Program-made: the position numbers and the translations under genes
The notes under the pieces: generated by a model
What the model saw: the letters and a program-made list of their open reading frames with translations, nothing else
Told to the model about the DNA's origin: nothing
The model's database searches: none
Part shown: one piece after another, positions 61,901-64,000 of the stretch
Position numbering within the stretch: the stretch's first letter is position 1
Layout of the letters: each line of letters begins with the position of its first letter
NCBI GenBank assembly: GCA_030248215.1
Contig: JASANG010003092.1
Span: 496,001-560,000, forward strand
DNA: 64,000 nucleotides
Source of the DNA: Enoplolaimus lenunculus
Lineage: Eukaryota
Direction of reading: 5' to 3'

Positions 61901-63550
61901 TGGCCCCTTGAGTAAGGCTTTTATGTTCGCAGTTGTTGTTTAAAACTAATGTTATGCAAAGAATTTGCTAAAGCACATCGGCAGCCACTCAAGACAGTAT
62001 TGCTGGCAGATAGATATGTCTTGATCAGTATATATCGCAGGCTAGTAGCCACATCTCATGATGCAACCCTGGTTATTACAAATTTCTATGTGGGTATGGA
62101 AGGATTTCAGATTATCTTACAAGCGCAGTTAAAACTTTTCTACGCGTGCCAAAATTTTCCTTGAAGGCAGAGCTCGGCTGCCCCCTTCTGGTCAAGCGCG
62201 AGCAGTAGTTTGGTCCAAATGGCAATGACTTCCGGCTGCAGAGCCAAGATTGAAGTTAACTTCAGTGAAAATGAATATAAGGTTTGACTAAAAAATTAGG
62301 TTTGTTGGATGTGCGACCAGTGCTATGTTGAGCGGCGCAGTGTTTTTATCAGGCAAAAGAACTACACGGCAAATAAAAATTTCTTCTCCTTTGAGATAAA
62401 TTTTAACATCAAACCGCTACGGCCATAGAGCAAATTATACAAATCTATCATAACATGGTACATGTCATATTTTTATATATACATACATATAAATATATAT
62501 AAATATATACATATATAATATGTAGATTTATTTGTGATCTGAGTTCTGAAGAATAAAAAATTTGCATTTTTATGACCACCATGTTCGATTGGCATCAAAG
62601 TACCAAGGGAATATATACGCAGAATTTTATGGGATTTAATTTTTTTAAATTTTACCTCGAACGCATTATGTTTTAGAAGGAAATCTGATGTCTCTTTATG
62701 CCACCGATAAGAGATGTCAGTTCAACGCCAAGGAGTATATCATGTGTACGAGGAACATGAAAAATTTTATAGCTAACGCTGCCATATGCTTTTAGGAACA
62801 TTACAGTAACACAAAATTATATTCGTAAGCCCAACTCTGAGCCTAAATCCTCAACGTAAGGTTAAATCTGAAACCTAACCTGAGCCTAAGCCTGACGAAA
62901 ATTAGTCGAAAGTCTAAGTTTATAGTCTATTATAGTATATACCACGAAATCGGCTCATTCCTTAAAGAAAAATAGACCCATAATACAATTATAGTTACAT
63001 AAATAAATTTATGGTTGCGCAATACTTTACTATGCTGGACGCCGCAACGCGCCCCATTACATTGCCGGACTCTGCCGTGCACCACCACACACCACCCGCA
63101 TGTTGCTCTGCGTTGTTGACAAAAATATTAGCAAAATCTTTTTGTTGGTGTGTTGTGATGGTTGGCGGCGGGCGGCAATTTTTAATAAGCTTTACCGTGC
63201 CGCGCACCGGCGTTTGGAGGCGTGTGGCGAGTATAGCGCAACCCTTAGAGTTCTTTGAATTTATTTCAAAAAACCACCGACCTAGTTGTAGCTATAAGAG
63301 CACTAGATATATGCTAACCGAAAGCTAATGTTTATTGTATAAATTGTGATGTTCATGACAAATTTCTGCAGCCGCCAACACCAAAATCACTGAGCTGTCA
63401 GGGCGCCTAAATCATGTGGTTCAACGTGGTTGCGTTGCTCAAAGAATGTCATTGAGAAAGCGCAACAGAATCAAATAGGGTAGTGGTCTTTAGAATGCTG
63501 ATGTACCAAATATTTGGTAAAATCCGTTATTTCAGGCATCGTTCGCTTAA

Positions 63551-63813
63551 CCCTTTCTCACATGAATATTTTCTATTTTCCCTGACACCTACTTTTACGC
63601 TAGTATTCGAACTCCAGTGACTGGAGTGGGAGGCGTACTCCATCACCACTCAGCTATAGGAGCTTGACGCTCGAGCCCGAGGGGGCTCTCACGTCTTGTG
63701 GTGATTTAGTACTATGTATACGTGTTGCAATTGTTAAACACGGTGCGATATATATTACTTAACGTATATACACTTCGCTGAGTTGCCTATAGGCAACTCA
63801 ATGTGAGAAGGGG
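63551..63813 (-). mobile_element. piggyBac-like TTAA MITE (family E) with tRNA-like internal cassette
   Basis: TTAA|ccctttctcacat ... atgtgagaagggg|TTAA; the minus strand has TAGCTGAGTGG and AGTTCGAAT boxes. Confidence 0.85.
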
Positions 63814-64000
63814 TTAATAATACAAAGCGACAAAATTTCACTCGAAACCCAAATCACAACGTTGTTCCTAGCCCTGCCTTCATAAAAACACTGATTTGAG
63901 TCAAAACTATACATATTTTCCAAAACTGTGGTTCTTGCCAGAAAACAAATACTTAATCAGAGCCTTTTTTCGGCTCTTTGATCAACTGGACATTTTTCAC

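Noticed and set aside
62995..63207. Minus ORF with Ig-like GVWWCTAESG, as a possible first exon of the Turtle-like gene
   Set aside because: No B-strand Cys/Trp partner, and the donor phase could not be reconciled with downstream candidate exons; left uncalled.
46400..64000. Additional protein-coding gene or autonomous transposase in the distal 18 kb
   Set aside because: No ORF with recognisable domains; consistent with large 5' introns or upstream region filled with MITEs.

Overview
Eukaryotic, AT-rich, intron-containing invertebrate DNA. Abundant TTAGGC-type hexamers and TTTCAG-like acceptors suggest a nematode or relative (inference). Four genes can be supported: (1) a single-ORF, highly divergent DEG/ENaC-like subunit (132-1646, -); (2) a single-ORF divergent ionotropic-receptor (IR/iGluR)-like protein that seems to lack the M2 pore loop (8983-10296, +); (3) a 5-exon S1A serine protease with an intact triad (~12215-17136, +); (4) a large Turtle/IGSF9-type adhesion molecule (5 Ig + 2 FN3 + TM + very long tail) assembled by hand from about 19 phase-compatible exons (45357-19071, -; 5' end unresolved). 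Introns and intergenic DNA are dense with non-autonomous DNA transposons: TA-TSD, 8-bp-TSD hAT, 3-bp-TSD PIF/Harbinger, CAC-ended and TTAA/piggyBac-like families. The most unusual observations are the head-to-head pair of apparently pore-deficient receptor/channel genes, TTAA MITEs carrying a tRNA-like Pol III cassette, MITEs that spread telomere-like TTAGGC repeats, an unexplained ~2.7 kb segment encoding a PAM2-motif micro-exon, and a long near-perfect intronic hairpin. All calls were made by eye from motifs; no searches were run.
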